DNA of 64,000 nt from a bacterium (GCA_037137535.1 JBAXKC010000006.1:33002-97001); one strand, 5' to 3'; positions 20,683 to 31,662 are shown, counted from the stretch's first letter. Numbers and translations are program-made. The notes: generated by a model not told the origin, from the sequence alone.

Positions 20683-21123
20683 TTATTTATTTTGTTTTGT
20701 ATTAAGAAACTCCGCAAAGTCTTTATCTAATCCTATTAAATGATTATGTAACCATTCAAACATAGTGGAGCATAAATGTATTGCAAATACTCGAGTTAAT
20801 TCTTTCTTAGGAGAATCATTAAACTCAAGATAATAATAATTATATCTTATTTTTTCATACACGTTTTTAAAATTAGCATGGGCAGCTTGATGATTATTAA
20901 TATCTTTAAAGTTATATAATTTCATATAACTTTCTTCTGTGTTGAAATGGTTATTTATATAAGTATCAAGTTTTTCTATTAATTCGATTATGATGGCTCT
21001 GTCCATGTCTTCTTCTATGGCATCGTATAAATCATTGACTGATTGCACAACATCTTTATGTTGCTCGTCAATCTCTTTTACGCCTAAACAAAGCATATCA
21101 CTCCACACAATTTTATTATTCAT
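20683..21123 (-). CDS. Bacteriohemerythrin
   Basis: W...GVKEIDEQH, HFNTEE, HQAAH, WLHNHLIGLD. Confidence 0.92.
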   Translation of the reverse strand: MNNKIVWSDMLCLGVKEIDEQHKDVVQSVNDLYDAIEEDMDRAIIIELIEKLDTYINNHFNTEESYMKLYNFKDINNHQAAHANFKNVYEKIRYNYYYLEFNDSPKKELTRVFAIHLCSTMFEWLHNHLIGLDKDFAEFLNTKQNK

Positions 21124-21339
21124 TTTAACCCTTTTAACTTGATCGCCACTAATTAGTAGTATTTTATCAAATATATCGTTTTATATGTACTTTTACATTG
21201 ATTAATTTTTAATTTTAATTATACACTTTAACCATTATATAAAATAAATAATCTGATATTAATGTCCAATTGGCTGATACTACTGTGGGACAAAGAAGTA
21301 AAAATAAATAGTATTAATAAATATTTAAGAGGTAAACAA

Positions 21340-21816
21340 ATGACTTCTTATGAAATACTACCTGAAAAATTAGCCGATTCTATTTCAAATTGGAAGGATA
21401 AAAAAGGCAGTTTAATCATGATTTTACATGATGTTCAGGATTTTTACGGTTATGTTCCAAAAAATCTATGTTTTACACTGGCTAAAACTCTTAAAATTCC
21501 TCTTGCCAGAATTTATGAAGTTTTAACGTTTTATAACTATTTTAGGCTTAAAAAACCTGCAAAAAATAAAATTTCAATTTGTATGGGTACGGCATGTTAT
21601 TTAAAAGGTGCTCCTCTCCTTCTTGAAACAATAAAAGAACAATTAAAGATTAACGAAGGTCAAATAACTGCAGATGGACAATTTGGATTAGAAAATGTCC
21701 GATGTGTCGGCTGTTGCGGCTTATCTCCTGTTGTTGCCGTAAACGGTAAAATTTATGGAAAACTTGATAAAGTAAAAATATTAAATATATTAAATGAATA
21801 TAAAAAGGAAGGGTAA
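21340..21816 (+). CDS. hydC: [FeFe]-hydrogenase gamma subunit (NuoE-like)
   Basis: CMGTAC and CVGCC [2Fe-2S] ligands; GAGG RBS before ATG 21340. Confidence 0.9.
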   Translation: MTSYEILPEKLADSISNWKDKKGSLIMILHDVQDFYGYVPKNLCFTLAKTLKIPLARIYEVLTFYNYFRLKKPAKNKISICMGTACYLKGAPLLLETIKEQLKINEGQITADGQFGLENVRCVGCCGLSPVVAVNGKIYGKLDKVKILNILNEYKKEG

Positions 21817-21821
21817 GCTGC

Positions 21822-23615
21822 ATGCCAAAATTAACAAAAAACTTTCCTGATAAATATATTGAAAATAATGAACAGGATTTTATAAAAGTCGGAATGAGTA
21901 GTTGTGGTATTGCGGCCGGTGCTGATGAAATATATGAGGCTTTACTAAATAAGGTAAAAGAAGAAAACCTTCCGATTGAAATTAAAAAATGCGGTTGCCT
22001 TGGAATGTGTTATGCAGAACCGATTATAGAGGTTAAAACAGGTAATACTCCTTCAGTTAAATATAGAAATCTGGATGTTGAAAAATCTCTAAATATCCTT
22101 GAAAATACAGTATTAAATAAAGAATATGATAAAAACCTTTTAATAAAAGAAAATGGCAAACAGAAAAAAGTTGTTCTTCAACATTGCGGAATAATTGATC
22201 CTGAAAATATCGAAGATTATCTTTCGATAAAAGGTTATCAATCTTTAAGAAAAGTTCTTTTTGAACTTGGGGCAGATAAAACGCTTGAAGAAGTTAAAAA
22301 AAGTGGTTTAAGAGGTCGTGGTGGAGCAGGTTATCCTACATGGCAAAAATGGACCGTAGCAAAAGAAATTAAGACAGCCGAAAATAAATTTATAATCTGT
22401 AACGGTGATGAAGGTGATCCCGGTGCTTATATGGATAGAAGTATGCTTGAGGGTGATCCGCATTCTGTGATTGAAGGACTTATGATTGCAGGTTATACAA
22501 TAGGAGCTTCTAAAGGTATTTTTTACATTAGAGCAGAATATCCTCTTGCCGTAGAACGTGTTCAAAAAGCATTAGATCAATGTTATGAATATGGATTACT
22601 CGGAGAAAATATTCTTGAATCAGGTTTTAAATTTGATGTTGAAATAAGACTTGGCGCAGGGGCGTTTGTTTGCGGCGAAGAAACAGCTCTTATTGCTTCA
22701 ATAGAAGGTAAAAGAGGTTATCCACGTCCACGTCCTCCTTTTCCTGCAACTCAAGGCTTGTGGGATATGCCTACAATTATAAATAACGTTGAAACGCTCT
22801 CTAATCTTCCTTATCTGATTTCTAACGGAGGAGGATTTTTTGCTCAAATCGGAACTGAAAAATCAAAAGGAACTAAAGTTTTTGCCTTAACAGGAAAAGT
22901 AAAAAAGCCAGGGCTTGCAGAAGTCCCAATGGGCACAACATTAAGAGATATTATTTATGCTATCGGCGGCGGGATAAGCAAAGATAAAGAATTTAAGGCA
23001 GTACAAACAGGCGGACCATCAGGTGGTCTTATTCCTAAAGAGCTTTTAGATACAGAGGTCAGCTATGAAAGTCTTGTAGAACTTGGCTCAATTATGGGGT
23101 CAGGCGGGATGATTATTATGGATGAAGATGATTGCGTTGTCGATATTGCAAAATTCTTTATTGAATTTTCCGTTGATGAATCCTGTGGGAAATGCGCACC
23201 TTGTAGAATTGGCAGCACTCAATTATTAAAAATCTTAGAACGTATTTCTGACGGAAAAGGCAAGCTTGAAGATTTAGATAAATTGAAAAAAATTTCTATT
23301 GCAATGCAAAAGGCTTCACTTTGTGGACTTGGACAAACAGCTCCTAAACCCGTACTTTCAACATTAAGATACTTTGAAGAGGAGTATATTGAGCATATTA
23401 CAGCTAAAAAATGTAGAGCCGGTCAATGTGTTGCTTTAAAAAAATATTCAGTTGATCAACATCATTGCGTGAAATGTGGAGCTTGCTTCAAAGAATGTCC
23501 TGTATCAGCTATTAAAGGAAACAGGCAGGAAGGTTATGAAGTTATTTCCGAGAAGTGCATAAAATGCGGTAAATGTTATGACGCTTGTAAGTTTGATGCG
23601 ATAAAAAGGAATTAA
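21822..23615 (+). CDS. hydB: [FeFe]-hydrogenase beta subunit (NuoF-like)
   Basis: GLRGRGGAG, CNGDEGDPGA, GAFVCGEETAL, SCGKCAPC, C-terminal 2x[4Fe-4S]. Confidence 0.93.
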   Translation: MPKLTKNFPDKYIENNEQDFIKVGMSSCGIAAGADEIYEALLNKVKEENLPIEIKKCGCLGMCYAEPIIEVKTGNTPSVKYRNLDVEKSLNILENTVLNKEYDKNLLIKENGKQKKVVLQHCGIIDPENIEDYLSIKGYQSLRKVLFELGADKTLEEVKKSGLRGRGGAGYPTWQKWTVAKEIKTAENKFIICNGDEGDPGAYMDRSMLEGDPHSVIEGLMIAGYTIGASKGIFYIRAEYPLAVERVQKALDQCYEYGLLGENILESGFKFDVEIRLGAGAFVCGEETALIASIEGKRGYPRPRPPFPATQGLWDMPTIINNVETLSNLPYLISNGGGFFAQIGTEKSKGTKVFALTGKVKKPGLAEVPMGTTLRDIIYAIGGGISKDKEFKAVQTGGPSGGLIPKELLDTEVSYESLVELGSIMGSGGMIIMDEDDCVVDIAKFFIEFSVDESCGKCAPCRIGSTQLLKILERISDGKGKLEDLDKLKKISIAMQKASLCGLGQTAPKPVLSTLRYFEEEYIEHITAKKCRAGQCVALKKYSVDQHHCVKCGACFKECPVSAIKGNRQEGYEVISEKCIKCGKCYDACKFDAIKRN

Positions 23616-23618
23616 TAA

Positions 23619-25391
23619 ATGATAAATGCAAATATCAACGGAATAAATATACAGGTTGAAGAAGGTACAACAATTCTTGAAGCGGCAAAGCTTGCAAATA
23701 TAAAAATACCGTCATTATGTAAACATAGTGACCTTGACGCCACAGCAGCCTGTGGAATTTGTGTTGTTAAAGTTAAAGGTGTTGAGCGAATGATAAGATC
23801 TTGCTGTACCGCTTTAACTGAAGGAATGGAAATTTTAACACATACCCCTGAAGTAATCGATATAAGAAAAACTGTTTTAGAATTAATTCTTTCAAACCAC
23901 CCTAACAGCTGTCTGACATGCGGAAGAAATCAAAACTGTGAGCTTCAATCACTTGCCGCAGAATTTGGAATAAAAGAGGAAGAGTTTGGCAAAATATTAA
24001 AAGATTTTGAAATTGATGACTCAATAAAAACAATCGTATTAGAGCCTAATAAATGTATTAAATGCGAACGATGTATTCAGGCATGCCAGAATATGCAGAA
24101 TGTTTGGGCTTTATCTTTCGTTGATAGAGGTATAAAAACAAGAATAGCACCTGCTGCTGATTTCAAACTAAGTGAATCGCCTTGCGTAAGCTGTGGTCAA
24201 TGTGCCGCTCATTGCCCTGTCGGTGCTATTTATGAATATGATGAAACGGCTAAAGTGTGGGATGCTCTTAATGATAGTTCAAAATATTGCGTTGTTCAGA
24301 TAGCTCCTGCCGTAAGAGTTGCTATTGGGGAATCTTTCGGGATACAAAGCGGTGAGGTTGTTACTAAAAAACTATATACATTATTAAGAAGAATGGGGTT
24401 TGAAGCTGTTTTTGATACTAATTTCGGGGCTGATATCACTATAATTGAAGAATCTACTGAATTTGTAAAAAGGCTGACGTCAAAAAACTCTGTATTACCT
24501 TTAATTACAAGTTGTTGCCCTGCGTGGGTTGATTTTATGGAAAAATTTCATTCTGATATGATTCCTAACTTCTCAACATGTAAATCTCCTCATGAAATGC
24601 TTGCAACACTTGCTAAAACATACTATCCGCAACAAGCAAATATTAATCCTTCCAATATATTTATGGTTTCTATTATGCCCTGTATCGCCAAAAAGTTTGA
24701 AATTCACAGAAGTCAGGATATGTATGCTTCAGGCTATCAGGATGTTGATGTATCCATTACCACAAGGGAATTAGTAAGAATGATAAAGCAGACAGGTCTT
24801 GATTTTGCTTCACTTCCCGAAAGCGAAGCAGATTCTCTCCTTGCTGATTACTCCGGAGGTGGCACAATATTTGGAAATACGGGCGGAGTTATGGAAGCAG
24901 CTCTAAGAACCGTTAATTATTATGTAACAGGTGAAAACCTTGCAAATCTTGAACTTAATGAAGTAAGAGGTTTAAAAGGTGTTAAAGAAGCTGAAATTAA
25001 GGTTGGTGAATATAATGTTAAAATTGCAGTTGCACATGGATTAAGTAATGTTGAATATGTTGTAAATAAAATAAGAAAAGCAAAAGAAAATGGCGAAGAA
25101 CCTCCATATCACTTTGTAGAAGTTATGGCATGCCCTGGTGGTTGTATAGGTGGTGGTGGACAGCCAAGAAATGTTAATAATGAAGTAAGGTTGCTGAGAG
25201 CAAAAGGGCTTTATATCGATGATAAAAATCGTAAATTCAGAAATTGCCACGAAAATCCACAAATTCATAAGCTTTATGATGAATTTTTAGGTAAAGCAGG
25301 CGGAGAAAAAAGTCATGAATTACTCCATCTCTATTATCAGCAAAGAGAGCCTTATATAGATTATCGAGAAACAGATAATCTCAATGATTGA
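23619..25391 (+). CDS. hydA: [FeFe]-hydrogenase catalytic subunit (group A3-type context)
   Basis: H-cluster motifs TSCCPAW, MPCIAKKFE, EVMACPGGCIGGGGQP; N-terminal FeS clusters. Confidence 0.95.
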   Translation: MINANINGINIQVEEGTTILEAAKLANIKIPSLCKHSDLDATAACGICVVKVKGVERMIRSCCTALTEGMEILTHTPEVIDIRKTVLELILSNHPNSCLTCGRNQNCELQSLAAEFGIKEEEFGKILKDFEIDDSIKTIVLEPNKCIKCERCIQACQNMQNVWALSFVDRGIKTRIAPAADFKLSESPCVSCGQCAAHCPVGAIYEYDETAKVWDALNDSSKYCVVQIAPAVRVAIGESFGIQSGEVVTKKLYTLLRRMGFEAVFDTNFGADITIIEESTEFVKRLTSKNSVLPLITSCCPAWVDFMEKFHSDMIPNFSTCKSPHEMLATLAKTYYPQQANINPSNIFMVSIMPCIAKKFEIHRSQDMYASGYQDVDVSITTRELVRMIKQTGLDFASLPESEADSLLADYSGGGTIFGNTGGVMEAALRTVNYYVTGENLANLELNEVRGLKGVKEAEIKVGEYNVKIAVAHGLSNVEYVVNKIRKAKENGEEPPYHFVEVMACPGGCIGGGGQPRNVNNEVRLLRAKGLYIDDKNRKFRNCHENPQIHKLYDEFLGKAGGEKSHELLHLYYQQREPYIDYRETDNLND

Positions 25392-25585
25392 CTTTTATAA
25401 CAATCCAACTTATTTTATGATAAAAGAAGCAAAAAGGCTCACTATAAGCTATTTGCTTCTTTTATTAAGAATTATTTTGTTTTGAGTAAATCATTGAGTA
25501 ATTAACTAATTTTAATAAAGATAAAAAGAAGTTCAGTATTACGTTTTTATAAGGCATAAAGTGAATCAGCTTCAATCGATTTACT

Positions 25586-26500
25586 TTATGCAGGCATTTT
25601 AAAAAGCCATGCAAAAACTACATTCATGGTGAATTTTGTTATTTTAAAGTAATTTAACAGTATTGTAGGATCTAAGATTATACATTTAACTAAATATTTA
25701 AAAGTTTTATCGCTTACTCTTTTATTATCTTTATAAAAATGTCTTGCAGCTTGATTATAGTAAATCATTGCATAAGCTTTATTTTTTAAATATTCGTATT
25801 CTTTATTATTTCTAAAAAAATTATATAAAATTTTCTCATGAGTTTTACGCTCAAAATCAAAATCAATTGTTCTTGTAATACTGTTTTTGGAGGTTAACCG
25901 TTTAGTTAATGGTCTATCAACGCATTTAACCTTAGTTTTAGGGTAAATTTTTAGCCATAAATCCCAGTCTTCTCCAATCCTTAGATTTTGGTCAAACCCT
26001 CCTGTTTCTAATAATAGATCTTTTTTTACTAAAACAGTACTTGGGAAAGCAATATTATTAAAAGGATCGGTAAGTAGTGTTACTAAATATTTTGTTGATT
26101 CTCTTTCTTTAAAGCTAATCAATTTCGATTCTTTACCTTGAGGCTCTAGAATAAATGATCCGTAAAGCATGCCTGCATTTGCTTCAGACAATAGCTGTAA
26201 ACTGATTTCAAGTTTATTTGGCATATAAATATCATCCGCATCTAAAAAAGCGATATATTCACCGCTTGCTATATCTATTGCCGTATTTCTAGCCTTTGAA
26301 GGTCCTGAATTTTGTTGATATATATATTTGACTCTTTTATCTTTAAATGCTTGAACAATTTCTCTTGTATTATCTGTTGAACCATCATCCACAATGATTA
26401 TTTCAAAATTTTGATATGTTTGATTTAATACAGAGTCGATAGCTTTTCCTATATTTTTTTCTTCATTATAAGCTGGTATAACTACGCTAATCATTTTCAT
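25586..26500 (-). CDS. Glycosyltransferase family 2
   Basis: VIPAYN, VDDGSTD, FLDADD, EDWDLW. Confidence 0.92.
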   Translation of the reverse strand: MKMISVVIPAYNEEKNIGKAIDSVLNQTYQNFEIIIVDDGSTDNTREIVQAFKDKRVKYIYQQNSGPSKARNTAIDIASGEYIAFLDADDIYMPNKLEISLQLLSEANAGMLYGSFILEPQGKESKLISFKERESTKYLVTLLTDPFNNIAFPSTVLVKKDLLLETGGFDQNLRIGEDWDLWLKIYPKTKVKCVDRPLTKRLTSKNSITRTIDFDFERKTHEKILYNFFRNNKEYEYLKNKAYAMIYYNQAARHFYKDNKRVSDKTFKYLVKCIILDPTILLNYFKITKFTMNVVFAWLFKMPA

Positions 26501-26593
26501 AAATCGTTTCTTTATTTCAATTAAGTCATTTATTATTTAAGCCTAAATTATAAATTTATTAACCTATCTAAGTAACCTATAATTAAGGCTAAT

Positions 26594-26623
26594 AAAAAGA
26601 GCCGTAAGCGTTTACGACTCTTT
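26594..26623 (-). terminator. Intrinsic terminator
   Basis: AAAAGAGCCGTAA...TTACGACTCTTTT downstream of the radical SAM gene. Confidence 0.7.
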
Positions 26624-26642
26624 TGTCAAATATTAAGCTATA

Positions 26643-27548
26643 TTATTTTAAAGCCCATTCATTATTAAACATAGGCTTATTATGAAGATTACATGTAAAA
26701 CAAGCGCTTGTTTCAAGAAAAGTCTTTGTCGCAGAATCTTTAAGAGTATTACCAACTTTTCCTCTCGGGTCATTAACCAGAGCAGGACAAGAGTAAACTC
26801 CTTTTGCAGTTACTACCCTTGAATATGCACAATCAAAACGACAAGTTGATTGATCGGCAAGAGTTTTTTCTGTTACAAATTCTTCGTCTTTATAGCCTTC
26901 ATTATTTTTAGCATATTCACCAACTTTTAATGCCGGAATAATATTAACATTAAACTCTGCAGGCTCTAATCCACATTTGTTCAAAATACTTAAAAAGCCT
27001 TCCTTTAATTCTTCAACATCTTCATTCCATAAATTTACACAATTTATAATAGGATTAAATCCATAATTAATAAGATGTTGAATAGCGGCAACAGCTTTTT
27101 TAAAAGAGCCTTTTCCTCTTATATCATCATTCTTTTGCTCATTATAATGGTCAAGACTGATTTTAAATACAAGTTCATGTTCATTATTGTGTTCTTGTTC
27201 GATTTGTCTTAAAAAACGAGCTTTTTTGTCATTAATAAGAATTCCGTTTGAAAGTATAGTAACATTTGCTTTTTTAAGACAAAGTCTGATAATGCTGTTA
27301 ATATCAGGATGTAAAAGAGGTTCTCCACCTGTAAGATAGATATAATCTAATTTATTACCTTCTATATCAGCTAAAGAGTTTTTGATTTTCTCCATCCCCA
27401 AAAAACTTTTAATTTTTGTTGTCGGTTGACAACCAAGATAACAATGTTTACATTTTAAATTACAGTTTACATCTGAGAGTTGGAACCATAAATTATTAAA
27501 CATTTTTAATTCAACGCACGGCGCTTTAAAACTCAATTGAGTTACCAT
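26643..27548 (-). CDS. Radical SAM protein
   Basis: CNLKCKHC, TGGEP, additional C-terminal cysteines. Confidence 0.9.
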   Translation of the reverse strand: MVTQLSFKAPCVELKMFNNLWFQLSDVNCNLKCKHCYLGCQPTTKIKSFLGMEKIKNSLADIEGNKLDYIYLTGGEPLLHPDINSIIRLCLKKANVTILSNGILINDKKARFLRQIEQEHNNEHELVFKISLDHYNEQKNDDIRGKGSFKKAVAAIQHLINYGFNPIINCVNLWNEDVEELKEGFLSILNKCGLEPAEFNVNIIPALKVGEYAKNNEGYKDEEFVTEKTLADQSTCRFDCAYSRVVTAKGVYSCPALVNDPRGKVGNTLKDSATKTFLETSACFTCNLHNKPMFNNEWALK

Positions 27549-27835
27549 TTCTTCAACCTCCTTGACTATATTAGTATTCTAGTAAAGACCATGCCCGTTT
27601 GGAAATAACACAACCGAGCTAATCACAAGCTATAACCATGAGATTAATATTCAAATCTCGTAATAATACAAATGATGTAGAAAACTTAAGCCTAAGACTT
27701 TTAAAAGCTTTAACAACGTTGATTTTTGGTCGGTCTTTTAAATAAAATTTTTTGAAATATAATTAAAGTATATGTAAAGATTCTTTTAACTGTAGTTACT
27801 TAATACAACAGTTTTTTCAAAAGAAAGGTAGAGCT

Positions 27836-29905
27836 GTGGCTAAATATTTACTTGAGATCGGGACGGAAGAACTTCCTTATAAATTTGTTCCTACTGCCAT
27901 GGAGCAGCTTAAAGAACAGGTATCCAAGATACTAACTGAAAATAGAGTTACTTTTGGTGAAATTACAACCTATGGAACTCCGAGAAGACTTTCCTTAATA
28001 ATTGATAACATTTCGGAATCCCAACCTGACCTAACAAGAAAAATCAAAGGCCCACCTGCAAATGTTGCTTTTGACAAAGATAAAAACCTTACCCCTGCGG
28101 GTTTAGGCTTTGCTAAAAAACAAAATCTTTCTGCTGATATTCTCTTTATTGAAAAAAGCGGTGAAATAGAGTATGTCTTCGCAGAAATTAAAGAAGAGGG
28201 AAAACCTGTATCTGAAGTTTTATCACAGTTAATACCACAAGCAGTTTTAAGCCTTCAAGGTTCTCACTTTATGAGATGGGCTGATCTTGATATAAAATTC
28301 CAAAGACCTATCAGATGGATTGTTTCTTTACTTGATGAAAAAGAAGTAAAAATGCAGATCGGAAATGCAAAATCTGGTCGTATCTCAAGAGGGCATAGAT
28401 TTGCTCAATACAGTCAAGTTGAAATTAGCTCCGTTGACAGTTATTTAGAAGATTTATCAACTGTAAACGTAATCGTAAATCAGGACGAAAGAAAAAATAT
28501 AATAAGAAAACAAGTAAATGAAAAAGCTGAAGCAGTAGGCGGAAAAGCTTATATTGACGAACGTCTTTTAGATGAAGTTACTTATCTTGTTGAATATCCT
28601 GTTGCATTTTTAGGCGAATTTGAAGAAAAATATCTTGAAATACCTCAATCGGTTGTAACTACTGTTATGGCTGCTCATCAAAGATATTTCCCTGTATTTG
28701 CCCAAAATTCCGAAAATATTTTAAATTATTTTATTACGATCACAAATTATCTTGGTGATAATTTTGAAAATATTAAAAAAGGAAATGAGAGAGTTATCAA
28801 AGCCAGACTTGATGATGCTATTTTCTTCTGCGAAGAGGATAAAAAGAAAACTCTTGTTTCAAGAATTGAAGAATTAAAAGGTGTAACCTTTCAAAAAGGT
28901 CTTGGAACAATGTTTGATAAGACTGAAAGAATTAAAAAAATAGCCTGTGTTGCTGCTAAAAAACTTAATCTTGATGAAGCCTTGACTCAAAAAATCGAGA
29001 AAACAGCGTCATTATGTAAAGCAGACCTTGTAACCAGCCTTGTAAGAGAATTTACAGAGCTTCAAGGTATAATCGGCGGTGATTATGCTTTAAAAGAAGG
29101 TGAAGATTCACTTGTCGCAAATGGTGTAAGAGAACATTACCTTCCTATTTCTGTTGATAGCGGTCTTGCCAATTCTTTAACAGGTCAAATAGTTGGTATT
29201 TCTGATAAAATTGATACTATTGTTGCAGTTTTCGCAATTGGAAAAGCTCCTACAGGTTCTGCTGATCCTTTAGCACTTAGAAGAGCAGCTCTTGGGATTA
29301 TTCAGACTGTTTTAGAAAAAGATATTAATTTGAATATTGCAGAATTAATAAATAACGCTATTGAACTTTTAACAGTTAAAATTCAAGATAAAAACAAACT
29401 TTGTAGCGATATAAGTGAGTTTATAATTCAAAGATTTAGAGTTTACTTGAATGATAAATATAAATATGATGTTGTTGAAGCTGCTCTTTCCTCTCATAAT
29501 CCTCTTGAATGCCTTACTGATGTTTTAAAAAGAGCTGAAGTATTAACTAATCTGGTCAGTAGAGAAAATTATGCTTCATTCCATGAAGCAGCAAATCGTA
29601 TAATCAGAATTATTAAGGATAAAGAAGATTTACAACTTCCTAATGCAGAATTATTTGTTATTAATGAAGAAAAAGTTCTTTATGAGGCCATCAATAAAAT
29701 AAATGATGAGAAACTTGCTGATAATGGCGAATATACTCAACTAATTGCAGAGCTTGAAGCTTGTATTCCTGCTATTGATAAGTTCTTTGAGCATGTTCTT
29801 GTTATGGACGAAAATCTTGATATAAGACAAAATAGAATGAAACTTTTGACTTTTGCTAAGTTAAAGTTCCAAAAAATAGCAGATTTTAGCAAAATAGTTG
29901 CATAA
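27836..29905 (+). CDS. glyS: Glycine--tRNA ligase beta subunit
   Basis: EIGTEELP, TPRRL, RPIRW, GNERVIKARL, EFTELQG, GSADPLALRR. Confidence 0.96.
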   Translation: MAKYLLEIGTEELPYKFVPTAMEQLKEQVSKILTENRVTFGEITTYGTPRRLSLIIDNISESQPDLTRKIKGPPANVAFDKDKNLTPAGLGFAKKQNLSADILFIEKSGEIEYVFAEIKEEGKPVSEVLSQLIPQAVLSLQGSHFMRWADLDIKFQRPIRWIVSLLDEKEVKMQIGNAKSGRISRGHRFAQYSQVEISSVDSYLEDLSTVNVIVNQDERKNIIRKQVNEKAEAVGGKAYIDERLLDEVTYLVEYPVAFLGEFEEKYLEIPQSVVTTVMAAHQRYFPVFAQNSENILNYFITITNYLGDNFENIKKGNERVIKARLDDAIFFCEEDKKKTLVSRIEELKGVTFQKGLGTMFDKTERIKKIACVAAKKLNLDEALTQKIEKTASLCKADLVTSLVREFTELQGIIGGDYALKEGEDSLVANGVREHYLPISVDSGLANSLTGQIVGISDKIDTIVAVFAIGKAPTGSADPLALRRAALGIIQTVLEKDINLNIAELINNAIELLTVKIQDKNKLCSDISEFIIQRFRVYLNDKYKYDVVEAALSSHNPLECLTDVLKRAEVLTNLVSRENYASFHEAANRIIRIIKDKEDLQLPNAELFVINEEKVLYEAINKINDEKLADNGEYTQLIAELEACIPAIDKFFEHVLVMDENLDIRQNRMKLLTFAKLKFQKIADFSKIVA

Positions 29906-31662
29906 TGAAATCATCAGAAGCTAATATTAAGCTCGAACTTCTCAATAAAGTTACAGAGTCTGATATAAAACTTCAAAAAATAAAAAGACAGATTATTATT
30001 AATACTTTAATTAGTTTTATAATACTGTCTTTTATTTTTTCCCTTGTTTTAACTTGTTATATTTCGAGTAAATTAAAATATAAGCATTTAGATAAAGAAA
30101 TTTTTAATATTTTATACTCAAAAAATTTCTTAATTTATGATGAGAAAAATATTCCTGTTGCTGTTGGTAATAATAAAAATTATCAGATTTATCTTTCTCC
30201 CGAAGAAATTTCACCCTATTTAAAAAAAGAGATTGTCTTATTGCAGGATAAAAGTTTTTATCAGACTAAAGGCTTAAATTTATCTTATTTAATTAGTAAT
30301 GTTTTAAATCTTATGCATAACAAACCTATTGATAAGGAAACTATTTCAACAAAACTTGTTAAATCATTTCCTTCTGAATGCAAAAACATATTAAATAAAA
30401 AACTATTTCAAATTATTTATTCTTTAGACTTAGAACATAAGTTTTCTAAAGATCAAATAATAACAATTTATTTGAATAATATTAGTTTGAAAAATACAGG
30501 CAAAGGACTTGATGAAAATTCAAAACTTTATTTTGGAAAATTTGCGTCTGAGCTTAATCAAGAAGAAAGTGAACTTTTTGTTCTTATGCTTTTTGGCAAA
30601 GGACAACTTGAAAAAATAACACCTAGAGATAATATTTCTAAATATTCATATTTTATAGATTATTCAATCGCAGAAGCTAAAGATCTTACACATTGTTCAA
30701 ATCTTAACGGACTAAAAATATATACTAAATTAAATAGAAAATTACAGATAAAAAGTGAAGATGTTATTAAAAAACGTTTAACTCAAATATCTATTAATAA
30801 TAAACAAACTCAATCAGCTGTTTTATTAACAGACACTAATAGTAGCTCAATTATTACAATAATAGGCGGAAAAGACTTTATCAAAGGCGATTTTAATAGA
30901 GCTTATCAATCAAAAAGAAACATAGGTTCAACTTTTAAGCCTATTATTTATCTTATTGCACTTGAGAAAGGACTAATAACACCAAAAACCATATTTAAAG
31001 ACGAACCTGTCGAATTTATGGGCAATAAACAATCTTGGAAACCTAGAAATTGGGATGGCAAATATCTTGGAAATATTGACATTCAACAATCAATTGCTCT
31101 TTCAAGAAATACTGTTGCAATAAAGCTTGCTTCACAAATCGGTGTAAAAGAATTGATTAACAAATCAAGGCAATTGGGAATAACAGACAAATTACCCGAA
31201 AATTTAACTATTTCAATAGGCTCGGCAAGTTTAACATTAAAAGAACTTACAGGTATTTATTCTACTTTTGGAAGAGAAGGTTTATATATAAATCCCCATG
31301 CTGTAAATAAAATTCAAATAGGGAAAATAATATTAACTCCTAATATTCAGAAGAAGCAGGTGATTGAGAAAGCACCTACAAGAGAATTAAATAAAATCTT
31401 ATCAACTACTTTAGATAAGGAAATAGTTCAAGATTTCAATAAACAAAAAATTATGGTCAGCGGAAAGACAGGAACGTCTGATGAGTCTAAAGATTTATGG
31501 TTTGCTGGATATAATAAGGATTTAACAGGTATTGTCTGGATTGGAAATGATAAAAATAAGCCGATGAATGATATTTATAGCAAAAGTTGTGCCGAAATAT
31601 GGGCAGATTTGGCAAAGAATTATTATTATTCTTCTTTAGATAGCAATAAGTCCAGATACTAG
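29905..31662 (+). CDS. Class A-like penicillin-binding protein with degenerate transglycosylase domain
   Basis: Transpeptidase STFK, SRN and KTG intact; GT51 motifs altered (QDKSF in place of EDxxF). Confidence 0.8.
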   Translation: MKSSEANIKLELLNKVTESDIKLQKIKRQIIINTLISFIILSFIFSLVLTCYISSKLKYKHLDKEIFNILYSKNFLIYDEKNIPVAVGNNKNYQIYLSPEEISPYLKKEIVLLQDKSFYQTKGLNLSYLISNVLNLMHNKPIDKETISTKLVKSFPSECKNILNKKLFQIIYSLDLEHKFSKDQIITIYLNNISLKNTGKGLDENSKLYFGKFASELNQEESELFVLMLFGKGQLEKITPRDNISKYSYFIDYSIAEAKDLTHCSNLNGLKIYTKLNRKLQIKSEDVIKKRLTQISINNKQTQSAVLLTDTNSSSIITIIGGKDFIKGDFNRAYQSKRNIGSTFKPIIYLIALEKGLITPKTIFKDEPVEFMGNKQSWKPRNWDGKYLGNIDIQQSIALSRNTVAIKLASQIGVKELINKSRQLGITDKLPENLTISIGSASLTLKELTGIYSTFGREGLYINPHAVNKIQIGKIILTPNIQKKQVIEKAPTRELNKILSTTLDKEIVQDFNKQKIMVSGKTGTSDESKDLWFAGYNKDLTGIVWIGNDKNKPMNDIYSKSCAEIWADLAKNYYYSSLDSNKSRY

